The notes: generated by a model from the letters alone, not told the origin. Positions 1-12,284 are shown, numbered from the whole stretch's first letter. The stretch: 63,315 bases of DNA, filler included, from an uncultured bacterium (GCA_964609495.1; 18 parts of 18 records of this genome joined end to end with filler, not necessarily neighbours in it); one strand, 5' to 3'. Made by a program: numbers and translations.

Positions 1-32
1 AGAGAGCAAGATAAATTAGGAGAGAAATAGAG

Positions 33-1124
33 ATGACCGATAATGAAGACCTTGCCTATTGGTTAGCTTTAAACAAGACCAATAGTATTGGAGCGAGAAG
101 ATTCGTTAAACTGGTGAAATATTTCGGCTCGGCCAAAGCCGCTTGGGAAGCTTCTCCTAAAGAGATGAGGGAGATCGAGGGTTTTAGCGAGATTCTCTCC
201 AAAGGGATAGCGGCCTCAAGAAAGGAAATCGATCCCTGGAAGGAATTAGAGGAGGTCGAGAAGGAAGGAATAGATATTATAACTCTGCGTGATGAAAGGT
301 ATCCGTATAATTTGACGAATATATTCGATCCCCCTCCAGTGCTCTATGTTAAAGGGGAATTTCTCCCAGAGGATAAGAATTCTATAGCGATCGTGGGAAC
401 GAGGAGACCGACTCCCTATGGTCTCATAATGGCAGAAAAGTTAAGCATTGATCTAGCAGATAATAAATTCACTATCGTAAGCGGGATGGCTAGAGGCATA
501 GATTCGACTGCTCATCAGGGAGCTTTAAGGAGAAAAGGACGCACTATCGCGGTCTTAGGATGTGGAATAGATGTAGTCTATCCTCGGGGAAACGAAAGAT
601 TAATGCAAGAGATATGCTCATCTGGAGCCGTTATCTCCGAGTTCCCTCTTGGCACTAAACCCGATCCTTATAATTTCCCCCCTCGGAATCGAATCATAAG
701 TGGGTTGAGTTTAGGGGTTATAATAATTCAAGCTGGCAGGAAGAGTGGCGCCTTGATAACCGCGGACCTTGCTTTAGAGCAGGGAAGAGAGGTATTTGTC
801 ATTCCTGGAAATGTGAATGTTGAGAAGAGTAGAGGCACTAATAACCTGATCAAGCAGGGGGCGATCTTGGTCGAGGATGTTAATGATGTCTTAGAAGAGT
901 TGGGCTTCACTCCTGAAGAGAGCCAGCGAAGGGAGAAGATAGCCTCTGGATTATCCGAGGAGGAAAGGAAGGTTTATGAGCTTATCACCGATGAGCCTCA
1001 ACATATAGATCAATTAGCAGTCGATAGCGGGATTGCGGTGCAAGATATATCGAGCATCCTTACACTCCTGGATATAAAGGGGCTCATTAGACAGATCGCA
1101 GGGATGAGATTTATGAGGATGTGA
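33..1124 (+). CDS. dprA: DNA-processing protein DprA
   Basis: Motifs AIVGTR, VSGMARGID, FPPRNRIISGLS, SGALITA; C-terminal winged helix. Confidence 0.95.
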   Translation: MTDNEDLAYWLALNKTNSIGARRFVKLVKYFGSAKAAWEASPKEMREIEGFSEILSKGIAASRKEIDPWKELEEVEKEGIDIITLRDERYPYNLTNIFDPPPVLYVKGEFLPEDKNSIAIVGTRRPTPYGLIMAEKLSIDLADNKFTIVSGMARGIDSTAHQGALRRKGRTIAVLGCGIDVVYPRGNERLMQEICSSGAVISEFPLGTKPDPYNFPPRNRIISGLSLGVIIIQAGRKSGALITADLALEQGREVFVIPGNVNVEKSRGTNNLIKQGAILVEDVNDVLEELGFTPEESQRREKIASGLSEEERKVYELITDEPQHIDQLAVDSGIAVQDISSILTLLDIKGLIRQIAGMRFMRM

Positions 1125-1167
1125 TCTTAGGTGATATGACCTAAATATTAATAAGGAGGAGAGCAAA

Positions 1168-2964
1168 ATGGCTGAAAGAACGATCAATGATATGTTTCAA
1201 GAGAGCGTGAGAAAGTATGGGGATAAAGACGCTCTTCAGGTCAAAAAAGGGGGAAAGTATATCGGTATTTCCTATAGTGAACTCGGGAGATCGATTGAGA
1301 ACTTCAGCTTAGGTCTGATCTCCCTGGGGATCGAGAAGGGGGATAAGATAGCGATCCTCTCGGAGAATAGACCGGAGTGGGTGATCTCCGATCTAGGGAT
1401 ATTATCTGCGGGAGGAATAAATGTCCCGATCTTCAGCACCCTCCCTCCTGGACAAATTGAATATATCCTAAACGATTCTGGCGCAGAGATGATAATTCTC
1501 TCGACAGAGAGGCAGCTTGATAAGGTTCTTAAAGTTAGAGATAATATCGAGACTCTAAGGAATATAATTGTAATGGATGATTTCTCCGAGGAATTGGGAG
1601 ATAGTATGGTAATGAAATTCTCGGAAGTATTGAAGAGAGGAGAGGAACTAGGAAAAAAATCTCCTGAATTATATCAGAGGAGAGCTGAGACTGTGAAAGA
1701 AGACGATCTAGCGAGCATCCTTTACACCTCAGGGACAACTGGAGACCCCAAGGGAGCTATGCTTACCCATTGGAACTTCCGCTCCAACTGTGAGGCGGCT
1801 TTGGAGGTTATCGATATAACTCAAGATGATATTATGCTATCGTTCATCCCCTTAAGCCATGTCTTTGAGCGGACAGGAGGATATTATGCTCCTCTGCGCG
1901 TTGGAGCTACCATAGCCTATGCCGAGAATCTCCTCGCTATCGCTAATAATATATTAGAGGTTCGCCCTACGCTTATGGTAGCTGTTCCCAGGTTATATGA
2001 GAGGATGTTCAATAGGATAATTCGTATGGTGGAGTCCGGTTCTCCTATAAAGAAGAAGATATTCTACTGGGGAGTCAAGGTAGGTAGAATTGTGGGGGAG
2101 AAAAAGTTACATGATGAGGAGATCCCTTCCTTCTTAAATATGAAGTTCAAAATCGCTGACAAATTAGTCTTTAGCAAATTGAGGGAGAAAACTGGAGGAC
2201 GATTGAACTTCTTTGTCTCTGGTGGGGCTCCTTTAGCTAAGGAGATAGCAGAGTTCTTCTACGCTGCGGGGATAACGATCTTGGAGGGATACGGATTAAC
2301 AGAATCGTCTCCAGTCATTAGTGCCAATACCTTTGAGCATCTAAAGTTCGGAACAGTGGGACAGCCAGTGCCGGGGGTTGATGTGAAGATAGCGGAGGAT
2401 GGAGAGATATTAGCTAGAGGACCTAACATTATGAAGGGATATTATAATAAAGAAGAGGAAACCAAAGAAGCTATAGATGAAGAAGGATGGCTTTATACGG
2501 GTGATATTGGTCACTTAGATGAGGAAGGATTCCTGACGATTACGGATAGGAAGAAGAATATTATCGTTCTATCGAATGGGAAGAATGTCTCACCTCAACC
2601 GATAGAGAATAAGTTAAAAACCACTAAATATATCGGTGAGGCTATGTTGATCGGAGATAAGATGAAATATATAACCGCTTTAATTGTGCCTGATTTCGAT
2701 AATCTGAAGGATTATGCTAAGGAGAAGGATATAAGTTTCTCCAAAGAGAAGGATTTGGTAGAGGATAAGAAGATTATATCTCTCATCAGGAGCGAGATAG
2801 ACAAAGTTAATGAGGAGTTGGCTGGCTTCGAGAGAATAAGAAAATTTATGCTTATGAGCGAGGAGTTTAGCCAGGAGAAGGAAGAGGTCACTCCCACTTT
2901 GAAGCTGAAGAGGGGAGTTATTATGAATAAACATAAAGATACTGTGGGAAGTATGTATAGCTAA
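1168..2964 (+). CDS. Long-chain fatty acid-CoA ligase
   Basis: YTSGTTGDPKG AMP-binding loop, EGYGLTE, TGDIG, TPTLKLKR. Confidence 0.93.
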   Translation: MAERTINDMFQESVRKYGDKDALQVKKGGKYIGISYSELGRSIENFSLGLISLGIEKGDKIAILSENRPEWVISDLGILSAGGINVPIFSTLPPGQIEYILNDSGAEMIILSTERQLDKVLKVRDNIETLRNIIVMDDFSEELGDSMVMKFSEVLKRGEELGKKSPELYQRRAETVKEDDLASILYTSGTTGDPKGAMLTHWNFRSNCEAALEVIDITQDDIMLSFIPLSHVFERTGGYYAPLRVGATIAYAENLLAIANNILEVRPTLMVAVPRLYERMFNRIIRMVESGSPIKKKIFYWGVKVGRIVGEKKLHDEEIPSFLNMKFKIADKLVFSKLREKTGGRLNFFVSGGAPLAKEIAEFFYAAGITILEGYGLTESSPVISANTFEHLKFGTVGQPVPGVDVKIAEDGEILARGPNIMKGYYNKEEETKEAIDEEGWLYTGDIGHLDEEGFLTITDRKKNIIVLSNGKNVSPQPIENKLKTTKYIGEAMLIGDKMKYITALIVPDFDNLKDYAKEKDISFSKEKDLVEDKKIISLIRSEIDKVNEELAGFERIRKFMLMSEEFSQEKEEVTPTLKLKRGVIMNKHKDTVGSMYS

Positions 2965-3052
2965 ATCTGAGGGATGATAAATTGAGACGAGCAGTTAATT
3001 GAAGGTGGGGCAAAAATCAGATGATATCGATTCGCCAGATAGGAGTGATGAT

Positions 3053-3817
3053 ATGAGATTCCCGGATTTCAGTCTTAATGGTAAGATCGCCCTTGTCACC
3101 GGGGCTGGAAAGGGCATTGGACGAGCTATATCCTTAGCTATGGCTAAAGCTGGATCATACCTTGTGGTAACTAGCCGAACCGAGTCTGATCTGATAAGCT
3201 TGGTCGAGGAGATCGAAGGAATGGGCAGAAAAGCAAAGTTCATTATCGCTGATCTCCAAGATACGAAACAAGTGAAAGAGCTGGCTGAGAAGGCTTTAGG
3301 CGCCTTCGGTAGGATCGATATTTTAGTTAATAATGCGGGGGTAAGTTTTCCCGAGCCTGCTCTGGAGACCTCGGAGGAGAATTGGGATAAGACCTTTAAC
3401 ACTAACATAAAGGGGCTCTTCTTCCTCAGTCAAGCTATCGGTCGCTATATGGTGGAGAGGAAAGCAGGCAAGGTGGTAAATATCTCCTCTCAAGCAGGAG
3501 TTATAGGGTTAGAGAACCACGCGGCTTATTGTGCTAGCAAGGGAGCGGTTATCTTGCTCACCAAAGTTTTAGCTATGGAGTGGGGACCATATAATATCAA
3601 CGTAAATGCAGTTGCTCCTACAGTCATCAAGAGTCCGATGACGGATATTGTCTTCGCTGATCCCGAAGTGCGCGCGGGAATGATGAGGCGGATACCATTA
3701 GGGCGTTTCGGAGATCCAGAGGATGTCGCGGGAGCAGTTGTCTTCCTATCCTCCTCAGCGGCGGATATGATCACCGGAGAAACTCTATTAGTTGATGGAG
3801 GATGGACCGCTCAGTAG
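3053..3817 (+). CDS. SDR oxidoreductase (gluconate/2-deoxygluconate dehydrogenase-like)
   Basis: TGAGKGIG, NNAG, YCASK; start moved to ATG 3053 after AGGAG. Confidence 0.9.
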   Translation: MRFPDFSLNGKIALVTGAGKGIGRAISLAMAKAGSYLVVTSRTESDLISLVEEIEGMGRKAKFIIADLQDTKQVKELAEKALGAFGRIDILVNNAGVSFPEPALETSEENWDKTFNTNIKGLFFLSQAIGRYMVERKAGKVVNISSQAGVIGLENHAAYCASKGAVILLTKVLAMEWGPYNINVNAVAPTVIKSPMTDIVFADPEVRAGMMRRIPLGRFGDPEDVAGAVVFLSSSAADMITGETLLVDGGWTAQ

Positions 3818-3840
3818 GTAAGAGCGATCCACAGATTTTC

Positions 3841-3940
3841 NNNNNNNNNNNNNNNNNNNNNNNNNNNNNNNNNNNNNNNNNNNNTTAATTAATTAANNNN
3901 NNNNNNNNNNNNNNNNNNNNNNNNNNNNNNNNNNNNNNNN
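3841..3940. other. Artificial contig linker (first of 17); others start at 7610, 11346, 15065, 18777, 22485, 26176, 29852, 33526, 37022, 40508, 43920, 47203, 50476, 53728, 56939, 60135
   Basis: Identical N44-TTAATTAATTAA-N44 all-frame-stop spacers; contig lengths decrease monotonically. Confidence 0.99.
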
Positions 3941-3941
3941 A

Positions 3942-6900
3942 GACGAAGTTGATCTCAACGTAGATCATCAGCTAGGAGGGAAATCTTCATCCACTCTCGC
4001 TACATTTAAAAATAGCCGAAGGGTAGAATTATCGTTCAACTCTGGAGAGCTAGTGATAAATGATCTAAAACTCTATGGGAGTGGGGGAGATATCGAGGTA
4101 TATGGATTTTTGAATCTATTTGGAAAAGGGGAAGGAATCCTCCCCTCTACCCCTCCTATATTATCTGATTCGGAGCTAACTATATTAGGCCGGGATTTAG
4201 ATTTGACTAAATTAGTTTCTCTTATGAAGTTTAATATATCTGCAAAGGGGAAATTAAACTTTGATCTGCATGCAAGAGGGGAGTTTCAAGATCCCGCTTA
4301 TGATATAAAACTGAGACTAGCAGAATTAAATATAGAAACTCAGAATGGCGATATTATAGAGATAGGAGATATAAGTGGCGATCTATCTTATCGGAAGGAG
4401 GAATTATTAATAGCTTCCCTGGATATCACCAATGGTTCTCAGATAATCAAAGCGAGCGGAACTATCCCAATCGATCTAAGGCCAATCGGTGTGAGGAAGA
4501 GAGTTACGGATGGTGGAGTATGGAGATTGGATATCGTCGGCTCTGAGCTAGATTTAGGGATAATTAAAACTTTATATCCCAACTATCTAGGGGATATATC
4601 AGGCAAGACGGATGTTACAGGAAGGGTAGAGGGGGTTATCGGAGGAGAAACATGGTTCAAAGGAGTGGGCAAAATTTGGGGTAGTTCTCTGAAATTGAAG
4701 ACTTTGAATGAGGAGATAAGAGGTATAAGGGGGGAATTTGAAATAGACAAAGATGTTATGACCTTTTCGAGATTAAGGGGTGAGATAGTAGAGGGAGAGG
4801 TGGAGTTAGATGCTAAGATAGGTATGGGGGGTATATGGCCTGAATTTCTGATAAATTATCTAGGAGAGGTTGATATCGAAGGTATAGATGGACGAATCAA
4901 AGCAACAAATCTAGATCTTAGTTTGATAGAGGAATTATCTGAAATTAATATAGGAGGGGGAGAGGGAAGGATCCCTTCCTCCAAGGATTTAGAAGGGCTG
5001 TTGAGTGGAGATATAGAGTTCAAGCTATCCTCTTTGAATAAGATGACGGGTAGTGGAGATATAACTCTTGATCATCTGAGTTATCGAGGAGGAGGCATAG
5101 AAGAGGCAAGAGCAGGAGTAACTTTTGTCTATCATTTTAGGGAGAGAAGCGCAGAGCTTGTAATAAGGGATGCTGAGATAGGCGATGAATATAAGGGGAA
5201 TGGTCTAATAACGTGGAGCGCTGATAAAGGTGCTGATTATGACCTAAGGATAAATTTGTGGAAAGCTCAGATCGAGGAGATGGCAGAATGGATCAACTAT
5301 AAATTGCCAGAGGATATATCAGGGGAATTGAGCGGGGAAGTAAAGGTGGAGGGTAGATTACCCGATCTAGTTGATAATCTCGAAGTGGAAGGTGGTCTCT
5401 CTCAACTCAGATTAACGGTAAAAGGAGTTGATTTTTCTAATAGGGGAGAGATCACATTTGATATAAGGGATAGGAAACTTAATATAGGGTATGGGAATAT
5501 AGTAGCGTCCAAAGAGGGCAGTAAAATTGGAGAATTAGAGGTATCAGGTAGAATAGGCTTCGATGGAGAACTGGATATAAACTTAGCAGGAGAAGAGATC
5601 AATGTGGATAAATTAACGGAAGTATTAGGATACGAGGGATATATAGGGGGAGTAGCTAAAATATCCCTTGAGGTCAGAGGAGATCTCACTGATCCAAGCT
5701 ATAAGTCGCATATAGAGGTGGATAGGTTTAATTTGGGGATCTTATTAACAGGAAATTTAGAAGGGGATTTGAGCTATAGAGATGAAATATTATCGATCTC
5801 AAACTTAAATTTATTCGGAGGTAATTTTAATCTAGGTATCAAGGGCAAATTTCCTATAAATTTAAGTATAGCGAATGTTAAGGAGAGATTTAAAGAAGGA
5901 GAGAGATTTGAATTAGAGATAAAGGGCGAGCTAGATTTAGGGCTATTAAAACGGGTATTCCCGGATTATATAGAGGGTTGTTCAGGAGAACTGAAACTAT
6001 CAGGTATCTTAAGCGGAGAAAAGTTCTTGAGATCCCTAGAAATACTAGTGACGGGGAAGATAATAGGAGGGGATTTAAAACTCAGATCGTTAGGTGAAGG
6101 GATAGAGGGCCTATCAGGAAAGCTTAAAATATATAATACCGTATTATCAGTAGCTGATCTAAGGGGTAATTTTAGAGGAGGAGAGGTGTTAGCAGAAGGG
6201 AAAATAGATTTAGGTGATATCTTACCTGAGAGCATAACAAAATATATTGAAGGTGAAGAAGAAGTTGGTGTAAACGGGAATATAAAATTAATCGGGATCG
6301 GTTTAAATGAAAAGGGATTAAAGGGAAAGCTCAATAGTAATCTGAGGATAAAAGGGGATTTGAATGAACTTGGTTGTAGAGGTCAGCTTGATCTAACTGA
6401 AATTGAATACAACGAGGTCAAGTTAAAAGATAGTATAAAGGGCGAAATAGATGCTAGATATATCGCCGATAGAGATTTGATTGATATAGAGATAAGCAAT
6501 TTAGAGACTGGCGGATGGTTAAAGGGAGATGGACATCTAACTTGGATCGGGGAGGGAAAATATAGGATAAATTTGAGCCTAAATAGAGTTGATATTACAA
6601 AACTAGCAGAATTGGGTGGATATGACTTACCAGAGGATATAGAAGGAAATATCACTGGGAGATTATCGCTGAAGGGTAATATACCCGATCCCTTTACTAG
6701 CTTAGATGTAAAAGGAGAGTTGAGCAAAGTTCGTCTATCCAAGCAGGGAGTCGAACTTATAAATGAAGACAATATATCCTTAAAATTATCTGATAACACC
6801 ATATATTTGGATTCTCCGGGACTATCAGCTAGGAGAGGAGAGAGGGTTGTAGCGGATCAATTGTCTATATCGGGGCGGATAGAAATAGATGATGAATATT

Positions 6901-7609
6901 TAGATATAATAGCTAGAGGGGATAAAGTAATATTAGAAGAAATGGCTTCTATATTCGGATATGAGGGAAAATTAAGGGGAACAGGGAGCTTTGATTTTGG
7001 AATTAAAGGGAAGACAACTGATCCTAGTTACGATATACGAGTAAATATTTCAGATTTAGTTCTAGGGGGTAAGGAGTTAGGGAATCTCGAAGGAACTGCT
7101 CTCTACAGTGATAGAAAGTTAGAGATAGAATCGATAAATATAGATGGAGGAGAGAATAGATTCCAGTTGAAAGGAGAAATACCTATAGATCTCACGATAG
7201 CGAATTTAGGAGCGATTGGGGATGAGAAATGGCACTTAAAGGTGGAAGGAGAGGGTGATCTAGAAAGCTTATCAGATTATCTGCCCGAATATATAGAGAA
7301 AATATCGGGAAGAACAAGGATAAAGATTGATATAAAAGGGAAAGGATGGTTAGAAAGTATAGAATTAGTAGGTAGAGGAGAGATAGAGGAGGGGAGGGTG
7401 AAGATAAGGGGATTGTCAGAGGAGATAAGGGATATATCAGGAAGATTAAGGATAAACGGAGACAGAGTGGAGATAGAGGAGCTGAGGATAGGGGAGATGG
7501 TGAGGGGAGAGGGAGAGGTGAGATGGGATAGAGGAGGGAGATACAGGATAGAGATAGGATTTGCTAGTAGTGATATAGGGGGATTAGTGAGATTAGGGGG
7601 ATACGAGCT
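3942..7609 (+). CDS. Very large TamB/AsmA-like beta-groove protein, internal fragment
   Basis: Frame open over the whole contig; Gly/Ile/Leu-rich amphipathic beta pattern; repeated DP(A/S)Y...G.(I/F)PI(D/N)L modules. Confidence 0.7.
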
Positions 7610-7709
7610 NNNNNNNNNNNNNNNNNNNNNNNNNNNNNNNNNNNNNNNNNNNNTTAATTAATTAANNNNNNNNNNNNNNNNNNNNNNNNNNNNNNNNNNN
7701 NNNNNNNNN

Positions 7710-8383
7710 GAAGCTTGGTTCTCGAAGCCGACTAATTCCTGAGCTTGGGAGAAAGGGATAAAGATCATATTTTTTTCGAACTCGGTAGCTTCTATGTTAT
7801 AGAAACCAACTATAGGAAGACGAATAGCGTTTATCGATTCATAAACGGTGGGAGCGATGAGGACCACGGTATCGCCTATCTTAGCACCTATCTTATCTGC
7901 TAGCTTCTCTCCTATCAGCATTCCCTCTTCCCCTTCACTCCAATATCCTCCCTGGCTTACCTCGATAAGAGGACTTATCACCTTCTCCGCAGATGGCTTA
8001 ACTCCTATACCTATTATAGTTTCTGGTTCTTCCTCCTCACTTCCCTCTCTATCTAGGCTGAACATAGTTCCGAATCTGACTCTTGGACCGATAGCTTCTA
8101 CCTCGGGCATACCTTTCAGTTCCTCATCTAGTTCATCTATCCTATCGATACTGAGATCTAGGGGCATAATCTGTTGACGACGCACATAACCGGAGGCATG
8201 GATCTGAATATGACCGGTCTGCATATCCACGAAGTTTTCTATCAATTCCTTCTCTATCCCATTCATCACGCCATCATATTCTAAAGCAATCATCACTCCT
8301 ATTCCAATAGCCATCGCGGTCAGGAGTGAGCGTCGTTTCTGGCGAAGCACATTTCTCATAGCTATCTTAAACCAAGTAAACAT
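7710..8383 (-). CDS. ABC transporter permease, LolE/MacB/FtsX family, 3' truncated
   Basis: AMRNVLRQKRRSLLT, N-terminal TM, IGEKLA..IGAKIGD. Confidence 0.88.
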
Positions 8384-8476
8384 TGAATCTACCCCCCTTC
8401 AAAATTGAAAACCAAATTTTATTTTATATATATGATTTCTCTAAAAAAGTTTCTAAAGTTTCGCAATTATGCGAAG

Positions 8477-9286
8477 CTATGAGGACAAAGTAACTTGCAG
8501 GTAGTGATTCCAATGGCTCAGACGCTCAATATCGAGATCTATTTCATACTTTAGCGAAAGCGACTCCAATTGAGCCTTGAATAGCTCAATAAGGGTTTCT
8601 ATTGCTTGCCGAATGCTTTCGGTGTCATAGCGACAGAGCGTCTGCTGTAGCTGCTCCGAATCCTTTGCGTCTAGGTATTGTCCTAGTCTCTTTGATTCGC
8701 TGAAGTCTGCATTCATTCGCCTGGCGAGAAGATCGATCAAGATGGTTCGAAGTTGTTGGACGTGATAAATGGCAACCCAGAGATCATTGCGAGCTAAGGA
8801 ATGTATAGCGTGCAGGAAATGGTAATTTGACGAGTTAATCTTGTCTCGAATGTCCTCAATTGGATCATCCTCATAAATGACCGGTTTCCGCAGACGCTCC
8901 TCAAGCTGTCCAGATCGATCAAAAAGGATGCGATAACGGCAGTTTGGCTTGAAGATCCCACACTGATCTAATCGGCAGTAGCAAAGATCGATCTCTATGC
9001 CATTCTTGAGAATCACGCCGAGCATCTGGCAATTTGGCCACTCGACCTCGAAGGTTGAGAGCACATCTCCAAAGCGTCTGGCCAGGGTTTCCCGTTCGCT
9101 GAATACAGCGTCGTAGTAAGCATCTCTCACCACGACATACAGATCAATATCAGAGAAACGATCTCCCGTCCTTTGAGCCAACGATCCCACTAGCCACGCT
9201 GCCAGAATGCGATCGTCTGCCTTTAGCCACTGACAACAATCATCGACTAGCTTTTGCTGAAGTTCTGTTCCTCTTCTGTGGTTCAT
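8477..9286 (-). CDS. Nucleotidyltransferase-domain protein (aminoglycoside/lincosamide NTase-like)
   Basis: GSLA...DRFSDIDL Pol-beta motif plus helical C-terminus; ATG 9286 follows GGAGGGAG. Confidence 0.75.
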   Translation of the reverse strand: MNHRRGTELQQKLVDDCCQWLKADDRILAAWLVGSLAQRTGDRFSDIDLYVVVRDAYYDAVFSERETLARRFGDVLSTFEVEWPNCQMLGVILKNGIEIDLCYCRLDQCGIFKPNCRYRILFDRSGQLEERLRKPVIYEDDPIEDIRDKINSSNYHFLHAIHSLARNDLWVAIYHVQQLRTILIDLLARRMNADFSESKRLGQYLDAKDSEQLQQTLCRYDTESIRQAIETLIELFKAQLESLSLKYEIDLDIERLSHWNHYLQVTLSS

Positions 9287-9599
9287 AGCTCCCTCCAAAG
9301 CAATAGAAGCCTCTAAATTTTTTTTGAAAATTGTAAGTTTTGTAGAATGCCTAGAAGCTGAAGAATAGTATGTTCTCCCCCGAATATCTGCTCTTATTAT
9401 AACATATATTACTGACAACATTATATCAGGAATTAATTTGAGAGGAGATAATCTCCTCTCATAGAAGAAAGTGATATTCATAAACAACCGTGCAACAGGC
9501 AAATATTTTTATGCGTCACCTGAAATAAAGAAGTAAGAAAGAGATAGAATTCGGGCGAACTGCTATCTCTTCTCAGTCGAACTTTTTATCGATTTTCAA

Positions 9600-10478
9600 T
9601 TATTGATTCGTATCCTCGAGTGGAGGTGAATCTCCCTTTTCTAAAGCTTTACTATCAGATCTTCTCTCAATAAATGTTTCCCTCAAAGCCTCTAAAGGAC
9701 CTAATATTGAGGCTAGATTCAGAGGTAAAAACATCTTTGTTGCTTTACCGTCTGCCATTTTCTCTAAAGCCTCTATGGATTTTAGTCTAAGCCATTCTTC
9801 TGGAGGCTTATATTTACGCACGGTTGTGAAAACCATCTTATCATATTTCGCTTCTGCATCGGCGGCTATTATCTTAGCATCTCTTTCCCCTTTAGCGATC
9901 AATTTTTTGTTCATAGCTTCCCTAATATTATCTGGTAGAGCGATATCTTGTATGTCCACCCTAACGATCATAGCTCCCAAATTGCTAGCTATGTTATCTA
10001 ATGCTTGATGCAATTTATTATTTATCTCCATTCGAGAGCTTACCACCTCTTCTAAAGTCATTCCTCCAATAATATTTCTGAGGTTAGACATCGATACATT
10101 GCTGATAATTCTATCTAGGAATAGTGCTCTATATTGAGCTTTCTTAACATCTACAATCTGAGATAATATTAAAGCATCAATCTCTATAGAAGCATTATCT
10201 CTTGTAATAACTGTCTGGGCAGGAAAATCTACCGGCTTTACTCTTATATCAACTTTATAAGCTTTTTCAAAGATGGGAACATGCCAAACCAACCCCGGAC
10301 CTCCGATCCTATTAAAATTACCATTACGCTCAATTAGCATTTTATGCGTTGGTCTAACGATTTGTACTATTAGGCCTTTTCCCTCTGGATTTAAGCTTGC
10401 TATAGTGATATTAACAGCTACAAATATGATAAATAGAGCAATTAACCAAATTAGAATAGTCCCTAGCATTATTTTCAC
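9600..10478 (-). CDS. SPFH/band 7 (stomatin/QmcA-like) membrane protein
   Basis: N-terminal TM, VITRDNA, LRNIIGGMTLEE, RVDIQDI. Confidence 0.9.
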   Translation of the reverse strand: MKIMLGTILIWLIALFIIFVAVNITIASLNPEGKGLIVQIVRPTHKMLIERNGNFNRIGGPGLVWHVPIFEKAYKVDIRVKPVDFPAQTVITRDNASIEIDALILSQIVDVKKAQYRALFLDRIISNVSMSNLRNIIGGMTLEEVVSSRMEINNKLHQALDNIASNLGAMIVRVDIQDIALPDNIREAMNKKLIAKGERDAKIIAADAEAKYDKMVFTTVRKYKPPEEWLRLKSIEALEKMADGKATKMFLPLNLASILGPLEALRETFIERRSDSKALEKGDSPPLEDTNQ

Positions 10479-10532
10479 CCCTGTATATCTATCAGTATTA
10501 ATTATCTTTAGAAAGTTAATTCTGCTACAGAT

Positions 10533-10561
10533 ATTATAACAAGTTTTAACTTAATTGTCAA
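10533..10561 (-). promoter_or_regulatory. Sigma70 promoter of SPFH gene
   Basis: TTGACA-17-TATAAT with extended TG. Confidence 0.75.
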
Positions 10562-10647
10562 TAAAAAGTGAGGATAAAATATATAGTAAAGAGTAATTGT
10601 TACCATACTGTTAGCAAAATCTCATCTTTATTTTTGCCTATTGTTAC

Positions 10648-10676
10648 TTGACGATCAGGAGAATTTAGAGTATAAT
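10648..10676 (+). promoter_or_regulatory. Sigma70 promoter of sugar-binding protein gene
   Basis: TTGACG-17-TATAAT. Confidence 0.7.
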
Positions 10677-10797
10677 TAGGACATAGTATATTAAAGGAGA
10701 TATCCGATGAAAGGGGATGATATTAATAGGATAAGTGAGTTTAGTAGTATCTTAGGTAAGACTTGATAAACACCTACAAATTAAGGAGGGTAAAAAA

Positions 10798-11345
10798 TTG
10801 AAAGGTAAAGTCGTAATCTTAGCAACGTTCTTTGTAGTAGCCTTATTGCTCGGTTGGGTAACTATCCCAATGGCTAACGCCGAAAAGATGACCCTGAGGT
10901 TAATAGATTGGCATGAGCCTCGAATGATCCTTTATGAGAAGAAGACCAAGGAATACGAACAGGTTAATCCAGATGTAAAATTCGAGACAACTATTATCCC
11001 TGGGGAATCGTTCTGGCAAAAAGCCTTAGCTGGCGCAGCCGCCGGGCAAGTGCTAAGTGAGATTATGCAATTCCATAACGCTGTAACAAGCATGTTTATG
11101 GGATTATTAGAACCCTATCCTGAAGATCTCTTCCCTATGGATGAGATGCGGGAGGAATTCTTCAACTTTGATCAAGCATTCGTCTTCGATGGCGAATTCT
11201 ACTTCTATCCTGGGGGAGTAATGAGCTCTCTTCTCTTCTACAACAAGAAGATGTGGGATGAGTCAGGGATAGCAGAGTTTCCGAAGACTTGGGAGGATCT
11301 AAGGGCCGCCGCTAAGAAGATGACGAAATATAGCGAGACAGGTGA
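10798..11345 (+). CDS. Sugar ABC transporter substrate-binding protein, 3' truncated
   Basis: Signal peptide, LFYNKKMWDESGI, PKTWEDL. Confidence 0.85.
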
Positions 11346-11445
11346 NNNNNNNNNNNNNNNNNNNNNNNNNNNNNNNNNNNNNNNNNNNNTTAATTAATTA
11401 ANNNNNNNNNNNNNNNNNNNNNNNNNNNNNNNNNNNNNNNNNNNN

Positions 11446-12233
11446 CTCCCTTTGGAAGGCTGAAATATTATATCCACCTCCAATTTATAGAGAGGTATCT
11501 TCCCCAAGATGGGCTCGTTTTAGATGCGGGCTGTGGTCCCGGGAGGTTCGCGATTGATCTCGCAAAACTTTCTGCAAGAGTCGTTTTAGCTGATATCTCG
11601 GATGTCCAGTTGAGGATCGCCCGAGAGAAGATCGAGGAGGCAGGAGTTGAGGGTCAGATCGAGGGTTATTATCGTTTAGACATCTGCGATTTATCATCCT
11701 TTGAAGATCACAAATTCGATATGACTCTGTGCTATGGTGGGGCATTATCATACGTTTGCCAGAACTATAGGACTGCCGTCTCAGAGTTAGTCCGAGTGAC
11801 CAAACCCACCTCTCCCCTTCTCATCAGTGTAATGAGTTTATACGGCACGCTGAGACTGGGAATGGTCTTAGATGCGGACTCCGTCTTTTCGGATTTGTCT
11901 CTTCATCTCCAGTGGGATGAGCGAGAGGAGATCCCGGATTTTATGTGTACTAATCCGAACTCTAGGGAATTTCACCAGCCTATGGGTTTATATACGTCAA
12001 AGTTCCTCCGAGAGCTATTAGAAGAAGAAGGCTGCCAAGTTATTGAGTTAGCCGCGGCGAATGCAACGACCGCGGGCTTACAGGCAGGATTGAACAAAAT
12101 ATCAGAAAACGATAACGCGTGGGAGACGGTATTGTCTATTGAAAAGCAAGCCTGCACAGTCCCTGGATTGATCGATACCGGTGAGCATCTCATTGCAGTT
12201 GCTTTCACCTCATCGCAGAAAGATCCTCGGTAA
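11446..12233 (+). CDS. Class I SAM-dependent methyltransferase, 5' truncated
   Basis: Frame open from contig start and includes VLDAGCGPGRF, upstream of the called ORF. Confidence 0.85.
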
Positions 12234-12284
12234 AGTTCCATAGCTACACCTTTGAAATCTTGAGATCAGTTGATAGGAGAACGA

